Below, piece after piece: positions 29,394-37,780 of a stretch of DNA of 64,000 nt. Source of the DNA: Hungatella sp. (GTDB taxonomy: Bacteria; Bacillota; Clostridia; Lachnospirales; Lachnospiraceae); NCBI GenBank assembly GCA_022792815.1, contig JAAWBS010000048.1, forward strand, positions 4,022-68,021, in the 5' to 3' direction. The translations under genes were made by a program, and so were the position numbers. The first letter of the stretch is position 1, and each line of letters begins with the position of its first letter. The notes below the pieces were generated by a model that was not told where the DNA came from, ran no database searches, and saw only the letters and a program-made list of their open reading frames with translations.

Positions 29394-30218
29394 ATGGGAT
29401 TAGTGACAACGGCAGTAAATCCGGAGATGACTGGCACACAGAATCAACGGGCTGCACAGACAGAGAAAGCCAGCGGTGAATTTCAGAATGTATTTAACAA
29501 GGCGGCAAAAAGCGGAACCGAGAGCATGGATGCCGTTTTTGAGGAGGCGGCCGCCATCTATGGGGTGCCCGAGAAGCTTCTGAAGGCTGTGGCCAAGGCG
29601 GAGTCCAATTTTAACCCCAACGCGGTGTCAAAGGCCGGTGCCATCGGAGTGATGCAGCTTATGCCTGCCACAGCCCGGTCGCTGGGAGTGACCGACCCCT
29701 ATGATGCCAGACAGAATATCATGGGCGGGGCAAAATATTTAAAAGAGAATCTGGAGCGGTTCGGAGGCAATGTCAGCCTGGCGCTGGCAGCCTACAACGC
29801 GGGGCCCAACAGCGTCCAGAAGTACGGCGGCATCCCGCCTTATAAGGAGACTCAGAACTATGTCAAGACGGTTACCTCCTACATGAGCGGCGCGCCTATC
29901 TCTACCGGAAAGACGGTGGAGAAGAACGCTCTGGCCGGCATGTATGGAAGCGCCTCGTCCCTTCTGTCTTCTTCCGATTCCGATTTCTATCACTCTTACG
30001 GGCAGTCGGCAGGGCTTTACAATCTGATGTCCGGCGGACTGGGAAGCTACTATGGCTCAGGTTCCAGCGCTTTAAGTTCCTTCTTAGGGGCGTCGGCGAT
30101 GAGCGGGGACGGAGAGACCATTACGATCGATAAAGAAAGTTTTGTCAACCTGATTGAGATCATGCGCCTTCAGATGATGCTGAACGCCAGCAGAGAGGTC
30201 GGAACCATCACGCTCTAG
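29394..30218 (+). CDS. Lytic transglycosylase (SLT domain)
   Basis: AESNFNPNAVS, GVMQLMP, ALAAYNAGP, ETQNYV. Confidence 0.93.
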   Translation: MGLVTTAVNPEMTGTQNQRAAQTEKASGEFQNVFNKAAKSGTESMDAVFEEAAAIYGVPEKLLKAVAKAESNFNPNAVSKAGAIGVMQLMPATARSLGVTDPYDARQNIMGGAKYLKENLERFGGNVSLALAAYNAGPNSVQKYGGIPPYKETQNYVKTVTSYMSGAPISTGKTVEKNALAGMYGSASSLLSSSDSDFYHSYGQSAGLYNLMSGGLGSYYGSGSSALSSFLGASAMSGDGETITIDKESFVNLIEIMRLQMMLNASREVGTITL

Positions 30219-30378
30219 GAGGCTTGATTCGGCCGGAAAAGCCCATTCCCCGGGGCTTTTGGCAGACAGCAGATGCAGTGCCGTCTGTCAGCGGGTTGCC
30301 CGGCTGCCTGGCAGTCGGTGCACTGGAGATTCGGAAAAAGGGTGACGAATACGGACATGAAGGAGGAGAGAACACATC

Positions 30379-31008
30379 ATGAGGTTGAGGGATTGCGAAG
30401 GCTGTCTGGTCTACGGGACAGACAATAAACCTTTGTCAAGAGCCAGGGTGGAGACCGGCAGTGATGACAGCATCCGGCTGTATTTCAGCAATTATAAGCT
30501 GCGCAGTGTCAGATTTAAGGCCTTTGTGGATTTCTATGATATGCAGCAGGGACTGATCCGGTGTTTTTGTGAGGTGGTGATTCGCAAGAATGTCCAGGAG
30601 AACAGGCTGAATGAGCCCTGGATGGCGGACTGCAAGGTGATAGAGATCAGCGATGTATACCAGCGGCAGAAAGACCTGAGGGTGAGAGTACATATCCCTA
30701 TGGAGTTCTCCACGGAAAACGGGGAGTTTTTTGTGGGCACCATCAAAAATATCAGCGCCGGGGGAATCTTTTTGGTCACTTCCCAGGCGATCAAGACAGG
30801 AACCAAGTTTGCCTTTACCTATCGCTTTGAGAAGGATCCCTGCCGGGTCAGCGCCAAGATTCTTCGGGCTAAGGGCGCTATGAGCGGCGGCATCGGCTAT
30901 GGCTGTCAGTTTTTGAATCTGCCGCCGGAGACGGAGGCCAATATACGGAGATTCGTCTTCGCCAAGCAGATGGAAAAGCAGAAAAAGCCGGGAAGGGATA
31001 CCCTGTGA
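30379..31008 (+). CDS. PilZ-domain protein (flagellar brake-like)
   Basis: QRQKDLRV, KNISAGG, YGCQF. Confidence 0.85.
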   Translation: MRLRDCEGCLVYGTDNKPLSRARVETGSDDSIRLYFSNYKLRSVRFKAFVDFYDMQQGLIRCFCEVVIRKNVQENRLNEPWMADCKVIEISDVYQRQKDLRVRVHIPMEFSTENGEFFVGTIKNISAGGIFLVTSQAIKTGTKFAFTYRFEKDPCRVSAKILRAKGAMSGGIGYGCQFLNLPPETEANIRRFVFAKQMEKQKKPGRDTL

Positions 31009-32084
31009 AGCTCAATCTGGTGATGATCGTAAAAAATGAGGAGCGATCTCTGAGAAAGTGTCTGAAAGCGGCCAGGGGGCTTGTGGACGAGATCATCATA
31101 GCGGACACCGGCTCCACGGACAGAACCGTTTCCATCGCCAGGGAGATGGGGGCCAGAGTAGTTGACTTTGTGTGGATCAACGATTTCGGCGCCGCCCGCA
31201 ATTTTGCCCTGGAGCAGTCCGATGCTGACTGGAATCTGATCCTGGATGCAGACGAGTACCTGCGGCCGTGCAGCCGCAAAGGCCTGGAGAAGCTTCTGAA
31301 GAGCCGAACCGGAGTGTGGCTGGGAGGCCTGACCCGATATGATTTTTACCGGGAGGAGGGAGGCCTCAGCCAGAGCACGTCCGTGCTCCCCAGGCTTTTG
31401 CCAAGGGGAGTGAGATACACCGGCATCATCCATGAACAGCCAGAGGGAGATCATCCCTGTTACAGACTTCCCCTGTCTGCAGACCATGACGGATATCTGT
31501 ATGAAGATAAAGGGGAGCGGAATCTTCCCTATTTAAGGAAGGCGGTGACGGAGTATCCGGAGGACGGATACTATCAGTTTCAGCTGGCCTCCACGCTGAG
31601 GAATCTGAAACAGTTGGAGGAGAGCCTGGAAGCCTTCCGCAAGTTCTACCGTCTGGCCGATCGGCAGGACTCTTATCGGGCCGGAGGAGTGGTTCTCTAC
31701 CTCTACACTCTTCTGGAGCTGGGCACGCCCCAGTGTCTGGATGAGGCTGCCGCGGTCGTGGAGCGGGAGGAGGAAGCCCTTGGCGCCTGGTCGGACTTCT
31801 GTTTTGTCTCCGGTCTCTTCTATATGAAACGGGTTTTGTCGGATGTGGCCGGATATATGTCCCTGCTTCCCCGGATCGAGAGCTGTTATCTGCGATGCCT
31901 TAAGCTGGGAGAGCGGCCCGAGCTGGGAGGCGTGGTGGGAACCGGTTCCTTCAAGGCCGCCTACAACCTGGGCGCCTGGTATGAGGTGTCAGGACAGCTC
32001 GAGGCTGCGGTGAAGTACTATCGTATGGCAGCCAGAGATGGCTACGAGCCGGCAAAGGAGAGGCTGAGAGCCATGAAAAGATAA
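31005..32084 (+). CDS. Family 2 glycosyltransferase with TPR-like C-terminus
   Basis: MIVKNEE, DTGSTD, DFGAARN, LDADE, IHEQ. Confidence 0.92.
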   Translation: MKLNLVMIVKNEERSLRKCLKAARGLVDEIIIADTGSTDRTVSIAREMGARVVDFVWINDFGAARNFALEQSDADWNLILDADEYLRPCSRKGLEKLLKSRTGVWLGGLTRYDFYREEGGLSQSTSVLPRLLPRGVRYTGIIHEQPEGDHPCYRLPLSADHDGYLYEDKGERNLPYLRKAVTEYPEDGYYQFQLASTLRNLKQLEESLEAFRKFYRLADRQDSYRAGGVVLYLYTLLELGTPQCLDEAAAVVEREEEALGAWSDFCFVSGLFYMKRVLSDVAGYMSLLPRIESCYLRCLKLGERPELGGVVGTGSFKAAYNLGAWYEVSGQLEAAVKYYRMAARDGYEPAKERLRAMKR

Positions 32085-32092
32085 AAAAAGAT

Positions 32093-32118
32093 AATACGCC
32101 CTTTGCGGGGCGTATTTT
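32093..32118 (+). terminator. Intrinsic terminator
   Basis: aatacgccc-tttgcg-gggcgtatt followed by T tract. Confidence 0.75.
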
Positions 32119-32121
32119 ACT

Positions 32122-32282
32122 GTGAAAGTGTTGCCCGGCAGCTATGTGGACTGCATGCCTGCATGCAAGGACACATAGATATCGGGCAACCAAGCCGGTA
32201 TGAGTAAGCAGGCCGTCAGGCCGGATTACGAATACCGGCGGCGATTGCGGAGTGCCGAAGGCGCGGAGCAATCGACTTTCAT
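32122..32282 (+). repeat. Structured palindromic element (three arms plus closing stem), REP/MITE-like or ncRNA
   Basis: tgaaagt/actttca closes arms gttgcccg/cgggcaac, gccggtat/ataccggc and cgattgc/gcaatcg. Confidence 0.7.
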
Positions 32283-32418
32283 AGGGCGGCCGGTGCAGCG
32301 TCAAAGGCTGCAAGTATTTTATATATGAAAGTGTTGCCCATATCCACGGTGAATGCAAGCCTGCCTGCCATGAGCCATGAATACGGCATTCAAGCCGGAA
32401 GTTTTTGCCATGATCTAC

Positions 32419-32447
32419 TTGAAATCGCAGGCCAAATATGCTATGCT
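32419..32447 (+). promoter_or_regulatory. Sigma-A-type promoter with extended -10
   Basis: TTGAAA-N17-TATGCT with TG before the -10. Confidence 0.55.
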
Positions 32448-32633
32448 TAATTCCACAGTAATTCTTCTGTTTGTAGGTATGAATACATACCATCTGCGAT
32501 TCACAGCCGGACCGAATGGTTCGATTCTGTACGGCCTTGAGCCATGAGAAACCCCTATGCAGCAGACAATACGTTGAGATAAAAAGAAGTTGTATTTCAT
32601 ATGAGACAGCCTTTCAGGAGGAGGAGAAAAAGG

Positions 32634-33392
32634 ATGGATCAGGAAAGCAGAGAGATGTTTGGGAAGGTTTTAGAAAAATTAGACCATCAGGATGGGATGT
32701 TCGGGAAGGTTTTGGAGAAATTGGGCCAGCACGACGAACGGTTTGACGGGATGGAAGGCCGCCAGGACAGGATGGAAAAATGTCTGGTTGAAATGTCGAG
32801 CCGCCTTGGTGAAGTAGAGAGTCATCTCGGTGAAGTAGATACTCATCTTGATAAAATGGAAAGTCATCTCAGTGAAGTAGATACTCGCCTTGATAAAATG
32901 GAGAATCGCCTTGGTGAAGTAGAGAGTCATCTCAGTGAAGTAGATACCCGTCTTGATAAAATAGAGGGTCATCTCAGTGAAGTAGATACCCGTCTTGACA
33001 AAATGGAGGGTCATCTCAGTGAAGTAGATACCCGTCTTGACAAAATGGAGGGTCATCTCAGTGAAGTAGATACCCGCCTTGACAAAATGGAGGGTCATCT
33101 CAGTGAAATAGATACTCACCTTGATAAAATGGAGAATCGCCTTGGCGAAGTAGAAAGTCATCTCAGCGAAGTAGATACTCATCTTGATAAAATGGACAAT
33201 CGTCTTGGTGAAGTAGAGAATCGCTTGGCAGTGGTGGACTACATGCAAAAGAAAACCTCTGATCAAGTGAGACAGTTAAAGATTGCTGTGGATAATATGA
33301 ACTGGAGGATGGATCGGGACTATCATAGGTTGTTGGAGGGGATAGAAACGATAGAGGAAGTTCTCAGAAGGAATACTTTAATACCGAGGTGA
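32634..33392 (+). CDS. Heptad-repeat coiled-coil protein of unknown function
   Basis: Strong RBS; about 20 heptads such as LSEVDTR/LDKMEGH/LGEVESH. Confidence 0.8.
   Translation: MDQESREMFGKVLEKLDHQDGMFGKVLEKLGQHDERFDGMEGRQDRMEKCLVEMSSRLGEVESHLGEVDTHLDKMESHLSEVDTRLDKMENRLGEVESHLSEVDTRLDKIEGHLSEVDTRLDKMEGHLSEVDTRLDKMEGHLSEVDTRLDKMEGHLSEIDTHLDKMENRLGEVESHLSEVDTHLDKMDNRLGEVENRLAVVDYMQKKTSDQVRQLKIAVDNMNWRMDRDYHRLLEGIETIEEVLRRNTLIPR
32802..33221 (+). repeat. Coding tandem repeat, 20 x 21 bp (42-bp higher-order unit)
   Basis: catctcagtgaagtagatacccgtcttgacaaaatggagggt repeated near-identically 32928-33137. Confidence 0.95.
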
Positions 33393-33473
33393 TCAATGAT
33401 TTGGATGGAGCCTTTCGTCATATAAAGAAAGCTTAGGCGGAGCTCTGATATGACTTGAAATGGAGCAAATGGT

Positions 33474-33671
33474 ATGGTTAGGGAGAGAGAAAATCAGGAG
33501 GATGAGATCTTGGAATCAGAAAAGGCAGGGGCGAAAGGAGATACACAGATAATGTTGGAATTCGCTTTCGCTGCAGATTCCAACAAAGCAGCCTTGTCGC
33601 GGTTTTTAGCATATAGCACATACCTGGTCGTTTCCGTTTCTTCAGCCGATTCTTCTTGGCATAGGGCCTGA
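33474..33671 (+). CDS. Possible small hypothetical protein
   Basis: 65-aa ORF with GGAG upstream; no recognisable motif. Confidence 0.25.
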   Translation: MVRERENQEDEILESEKAGAKGDTQIMLEFAFAADSNKAALSRFLAYSTYLVVSVSSADSSWHRA

Positions 33672-33805
33672 CGCCCCTGGGGTATAGTCGACGTACTAAA
33701 TCATCCACGAAATCCTGCCGGAAAGAATCTTCGTCGAAAACTGGTCGTAACAAATCGGATGCCTTTCCGCAGATCAAGAAAAAATCGGATTAATGTCAAA
33801 AATCT

Positions 33806-33833
33806 CTTATCTGAACCTAAAAAATGCCGATAT
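33806..33833 (+). promoter_or_regulatory. Sigma-28 promoter for flagellin 1
   Basis: CTTA-N16-GCCGATAT. Confidence 0.8.
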
Positions 33834-33934
33834 ACTAACCAGAAACAAGATGAGGTAGAAAAGCAACGAAAGACACTTTTTGATAATGAGAAGCGGCAGA
33901 CGTTGCGTGCAGCAATGGAAGGTGGTTGCGGATT

Positions 33935-34801
33935 ATGATTATACAGCACAATATAGCAGGCATAAATGCCTCCCGGAATAAGAATATTACAGAGGGCAAG
34001 ATGAAGAAATCTCTAGAGAAGCTTTCTTCCGGTTACCGCATTAACCGTGCAGGAGACGATGCAGCAGGGCTTGCTATCTCGGAGACTATGAGAAGCCAGA
34101 TTCGGGGGTTGAATCAGGCTATGAAGAATGCAAATGATGGAATTGGTCTGACACAGACAGGTGATGGAGCGCTTCAGGAAGTTCATTCTATGCTGGAGAG
34201 GATGAAGACTTTGGCGATCCAAGCGGCCAATGGTACGTATAATTCTGTAGCAAGGGGCAATCTTGATGATGAGTGCAAGCAGTTGCTAGATGAGATGGAT
34301 AGAATCGGTACGACTACAAACTTTGACGAGATTCCACTGTTTGACAGCAACGAGCCTGAGCCCAATCCGGGTGGAGCTCCCTTTGTCCCTCCAAAGAAGT
34401 CAGCGGAAGGGGATATCAGATTACAGATCGGTCACAGCAAAGAAGAGACCATGGATGTACCCCGCTATTATATGAGCAGCAAGGGGCTGGCCATTGACGG
34501 AATGAAGGTCTCTACTTTGAAAGAAGCCCAGGAAGCAGTGGGGATGATTGACATTGCGATTGAGGCGGTGGCTGATATTCGGGCAGGGTTTGGAGCTTCC
34601 CAGAATCATCTGGAGCACACCTATCAGAACCTCAGTGTTACATCAGAGAATATGACCAGTGCTGAGAGCCGAATTCGGGATACGGATATGGCGGATGAGA
34701 TCACCAGCTTTACCAGGGATAATATTATGTATCAGGCAGGCAACTCTATGTGCGCCCAGGCTAATTCAATTCCCCAGATGGTGATGAACCTTCTACAGTA
34801 G
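33935..34801 (+). CDS. fliC: Flagellin (probably minor)
   Basis: MIIQHNI, LEKLSSGYRINRAGDDAAGLAISE, AESRIRDTDMA. Confidence 0.96.
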   Translation: MIIQHNIAGINASRNKNITEGKMKKSLEKLSSGYRINRAGDDAAGLAISETMRSQIRGLNQAMKNANDGIGLTQTGDGALQEVHSMLERMKTLAIQAANGTYNSVARGNLDDECKQLLDEMDRIGTTTNFDEIPLFDSNEPEPNPGGAPFVPPKKSAEGDIRLQIGHSKEETMDVPRYYMSSKGLAIDGMKVSTLKEAQEAVGMIDIAIEAVADIRAGFGASQNHLEHTYQNLSVTSENMTSAESRIRDTDMADEITSFTRDNIMYQAGNSMCAQANSIPQMVMNLLQ

Positions 34802-34825
34802 AAGATAGAAAAAATTTAAAACCCC

Positions 34826-34853
34826 CTTAAGTTTTACTAGATATTGACGATAG
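34826..34853 (+). promoter_or_regulatory. Sigma-28 promoter for flagellin 2
   Basis: CTTAAGTTT-N11-GACGATAG. Confidence 0.75.
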
Positions 34854-34982
34854 ATAAGAATGTAAGGTGATTTTTGTTATAGAAACTTTACAGACTTTTC
34901 CGGAGTAGGGCCCTCTTCGGAGAAGGACTTGGGGACAGGGAGGTTCCTGAGTGTAAGAAATAGAAATCAGGAGGATATTTGT

Positions 34983-35828
34983 ATGATTATTCAACACAAC
35001 ATAGCGGCGATTAACTCTTACAGAAACTTAGGCGTTAACCAGAGTGGTTTGAACAAGAACTTAGAGAAGCTGTCTTCCGGTTACAGAATCAACCGTGCAG
35101 GTGATGATGCTGCTGGTCTTGCTATTTCCGAGTCCATGAGATCTCAGATCAACGGTCTGAACCAGGCTACCAAGAACGCGCAGGATGCCATCGGTTTGAT
35201 CCAGACAGCAGAAGGTGCTCTGACAGAGGTTCACTCCATGTTACAGCGTCTTACCACACTGGCTTCCCAGTCTGCTAACGGTACTTATAATACCGTTGCC
35301 AGAGGCAACCTGCAGCAGGAGGTTGATCAGTTGCTTGAAGAGATCAATCGTATCGCAAATAATACCGATTTCAACGGAATTAAGCCCTTAGCAGAAGCTG
35401 GTAAAAATGCTGGTACAATGACATTCCAGATCGGTCCGAGCAAGGCTGAGTTTGTTACCATGCAGAGCAAGGATATGACGGCTAGTGCATTGGGCGACGC
35501 AACTGGTAAATTGCTTAAAGACATTTCGGTGGATGGAGCTTCCACTACGGCCGGTAATACCGCAATCAGCGTTATCAACAACGTAATCAATGAAGTTTCT
35601 ACTTATCGTGCTACCCTCGGTGCTATGCAGAACCGTCTGGAGCATACGGTTAACAACCTGAAGGTTACTTCCGAGAACATCACAGCAGCCGAGAGCCGTA
35701 TCCGTGATACAGATATGGCAGATGAGATCACTGCATTCACGAAGAATAACATTCTTCTGCAGGCTTCTCAGTCCATGTTGGCACAGTCCAACTCTGTACC
35801 GCAGAGCATCTTGAGCCTGCTTTCCTAA
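34983..35828 (+). CDS. fliC: Flagellin (probably major)
   Basis: Flagellin N/C signatures; strong RBS; codon choice typical of highly expressed genes (AAC, ATC, CGT, GGT). Confidence 0.97.
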   Translation: MIIQHNIAAINSYRNLGVNQSGLNKNLEKLSSGYRINRAGDDAAGLAISESMRSQINGLNQATKNAQDAIGLIQTAEGALTEVHSMLQRLTTLASQSANGTYNTVARGNLQQEVDQLLEEINRIANNTDFNGIKPLAEAGKNAGTMTFQIGPSKAEFVTMQSKDMTASALGDATGKLLKDISVDGASTTAGNTAISVINNVINEVSTYRATLGAMQNRLEHTVNNLKVTSENITAAESRIRDTDMADEITAFTKNNILLQASQSMLAQSNSVPQSILSLLS

Positions 35829-35902
35829 TTCTTCCAAGTTTTAGGAGTATTTTGCAACATCTGGCCCGGCAGAAGCCGGGCCGTAATCCAATAGGGCCTG
35901 TC

Positions 35903-35950
35903 CTAAAAAGCCATTTCCGAAACGATATTTGTGAGGAGATGGCTTTTTAT
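35903..35950 (+). terminator. Intrinsic terminator after flagellin 2
   Basis: taaaaagccatttc...gagatggcttttta; a second hairpin ggcccggc/gccgggcc lies just upstream. Confidence 0.7.
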
Positions 35951-36330
35951 TGCTATAAAAATCGTGTTTTAATCGTATCGTTTCTGCTTATTGTAATTTA
36001 TTAAGGGGCTGTGTATAATAGAACGAGAGAAGCCATGGCTTCTGAGTGAACAGGAGAAACAGAGTTTTCAGAATATTTCTGCAGATATGGAGGCTTATGT
36101 GGGGCGAATCCCTATTTTGGAAGTGGTGACCACGACCTCCCAAAAGTATGCGGACTGCTTTGACTTCATAGAGGAGGAAGTTGTGCCCGATTGGGCGAAT
36201 TCCGGCGCTAACGGTCTGGTGGCAATCTTTATATTAAGATTGCCGTTTCTCAGTGCAGAGCAATCAGCGGTTTGACAGAGATCAAAATACCTTGTAGTAC
36301 AATTGGAGAAAAATGAGAGGAAGGAATGGA

Positions 36331-37641
36331 ATGTCAAAATCAAAAGTACGGATTTCCCAGTGCATGATTGTAAAAAATGAGGAGAAGAACATAGAGCGGG
36401 CTTTGTCCTGGGGTAGGCCTGTGATGTGGGAGCAGATCGTGGTGGATACCGGTTCCACGGACCGAACGGCGGAGATCGCTCGGCAGATGGGAGCCAAGGT
36501 GTACGAGTTTCCTTGGAACGACGATTTTGCGGCGGCCAAGAATTATGCCATTGAGCGCTGCAAAGGAGATTGGATCGCTATGCTGGACGCAGATGAGTAT
36601 ATGCAGCCGGAGGATCGGGATAAGCTTCCGGAACTGATGGCACAGGCGGATCAAAGACAATTGGATGTCTTGTCTGCAGACTTGCAGCAGGTGAGGGAGG
36701 ACGGGACCAGTTTTTCTTCCAGTACACTGGTTCGCTTTTTCCGAAATGTGCCGGAGCTGCGTTACCGCAGGCGGATCCATGAGCAGCTGGAAGCCGTGAC
36801 AGGGCGGGAGCTTAGATGGGGTGACGCAGTGGCGGAGCTGGCTGTCTTTCACACAGGGTATCAGAAGGCTGTCTTAAAGGACAAGAAAAAGAACGAAAGG
36901 AATAAAAAGCTGATTCTGGCAGAGCTTAAGGATCACCCAGATGATCATGAGATGATGGGATATATGGGGGACGAGTACTTGAGTGACGAGGATCGGGTGA
37001 AGGCGGCAGTGTGGTACGGGCGCGCTGTGGAGCATATGCCGGAAAGGCTGGGGAACTATGACTCTCGGAGCGCGGCTACATTGGCCAATTACCTGATGAT
37101 TTTGACCGAGAGTGAAGACCTCGGATGGAGAGAACTCTACGAAACTGCGGTGGAGAAGATGCCCATGGAGGCAGATTTTGACTACATCGCAGGCAGATTT
37201 TTTGCTTCTCAGGGGCAGGCGGACCAGGCGGTCAGTCATCTGGAGGCAGCTCTCGAAAAGCTTGAGACCTATGGAAGAAATAATCGGGCCATGTGTCTGA
37301 CCAGAGATCTTCTGGGGACATATGATCTTTTGGTCCGCTGCTGTTATGAGGCAGGGCAGCTTGAGAAAAGCATGAGCTACGGGGTGACTTACTTAAAATA
37401 CGACAGATATAACATGGCTGTGCTCTCCAGGATGTTAAAAGTACTTCTTCCCGACGGCGGCCGGAGAGCCGGGGAGAATCAGGCAGTCCTGGAGTTCTTT
37501 TCCAAGCTCTATGATTTCTCTGGATTGAAAGATCGGCTGTTTCTGGTCAAGACGGCTCGGATGTCGGACTGCGGCGGTTTTGGAGATTATGGGGCAGATC
37601 ACCTTTTTACGCCAGAGGAGAGAGCCCTGCTGAGAGTGTAG
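36331..37641 (+). CDS. Family 2 glycosyltransferase with TPR-like repeats (putative flagellin glycosyltransferase)
   Basis: ISQCMIVKNEE, VDTGSTD, LDADE, RIHEQ; downstream of flagellins. Confidence 0.9.
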   Translation: MSKSKVRISQCMIVKNEEKNIERALSWGRPVMWEQIVVDTGSTDRTAEIARQMGAKVYEFPWNDDFAAAKNYAIERCKGDWIAMLDADEYMQPEDRDKLPELMAQADQRQLDVLSADLQQVREDGTSFSSSTLVRFFRNVPELRYRRRIHEQLEAVTGRELRWGDAVAELAVFHTGYQKAVLKDKKKNERNKKLILAELKDHPDDHEMMGYMGDEYLSDEDRVKAAVWYGRAVEHMPERLGNYDSRSAATLANYLMILTESEDLGWRELYETAVEKMPMEADFDYIAGRFFASQGQADQAVSHLEAALEKLETYGRNNRAMCLTRDLLGTYDLLVRCCYEAGQLEKSMSYGVTYLKYDRYNMAVLSRMLKVLLPDGGRRAGENQAVLEFFSKLYDFSGLKDRLFLVKTARMSDCGGFGDYGADHLFTPEERALLRV

Positions 37642-37780
37642 AGGGGACAGAAAACCATTGCACGAAATAAGAAATTGATATGAGGCGATGGGGGACAGAG
37701 AAAGACTACATACCATGGTTGTGAAGAGCGGTTGAAAATAAGAGATAGTTGGAAAATGAATGAAAAGGAGACAACAAGAC

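Noticed and set aside
31951-32493. 180-aa minus-strand ORF across the structured element
   Set aside because: No RBS or protein motif; explained by GC-rich palindromic sequence
32802-33221. Regular repeats as a CRISPR array
   Set aside because: Contiguous in-frame 21-bp units with no unique spacers and no cas genes
33672-33934. c-di-GMP riboswitch upstream of flagellin
   Set aside because: I could not find class I (GGCAAAC..GAAA..GACGCAAAGC) or class II motifs here or in other leaders; an Infernal scan would be decisive
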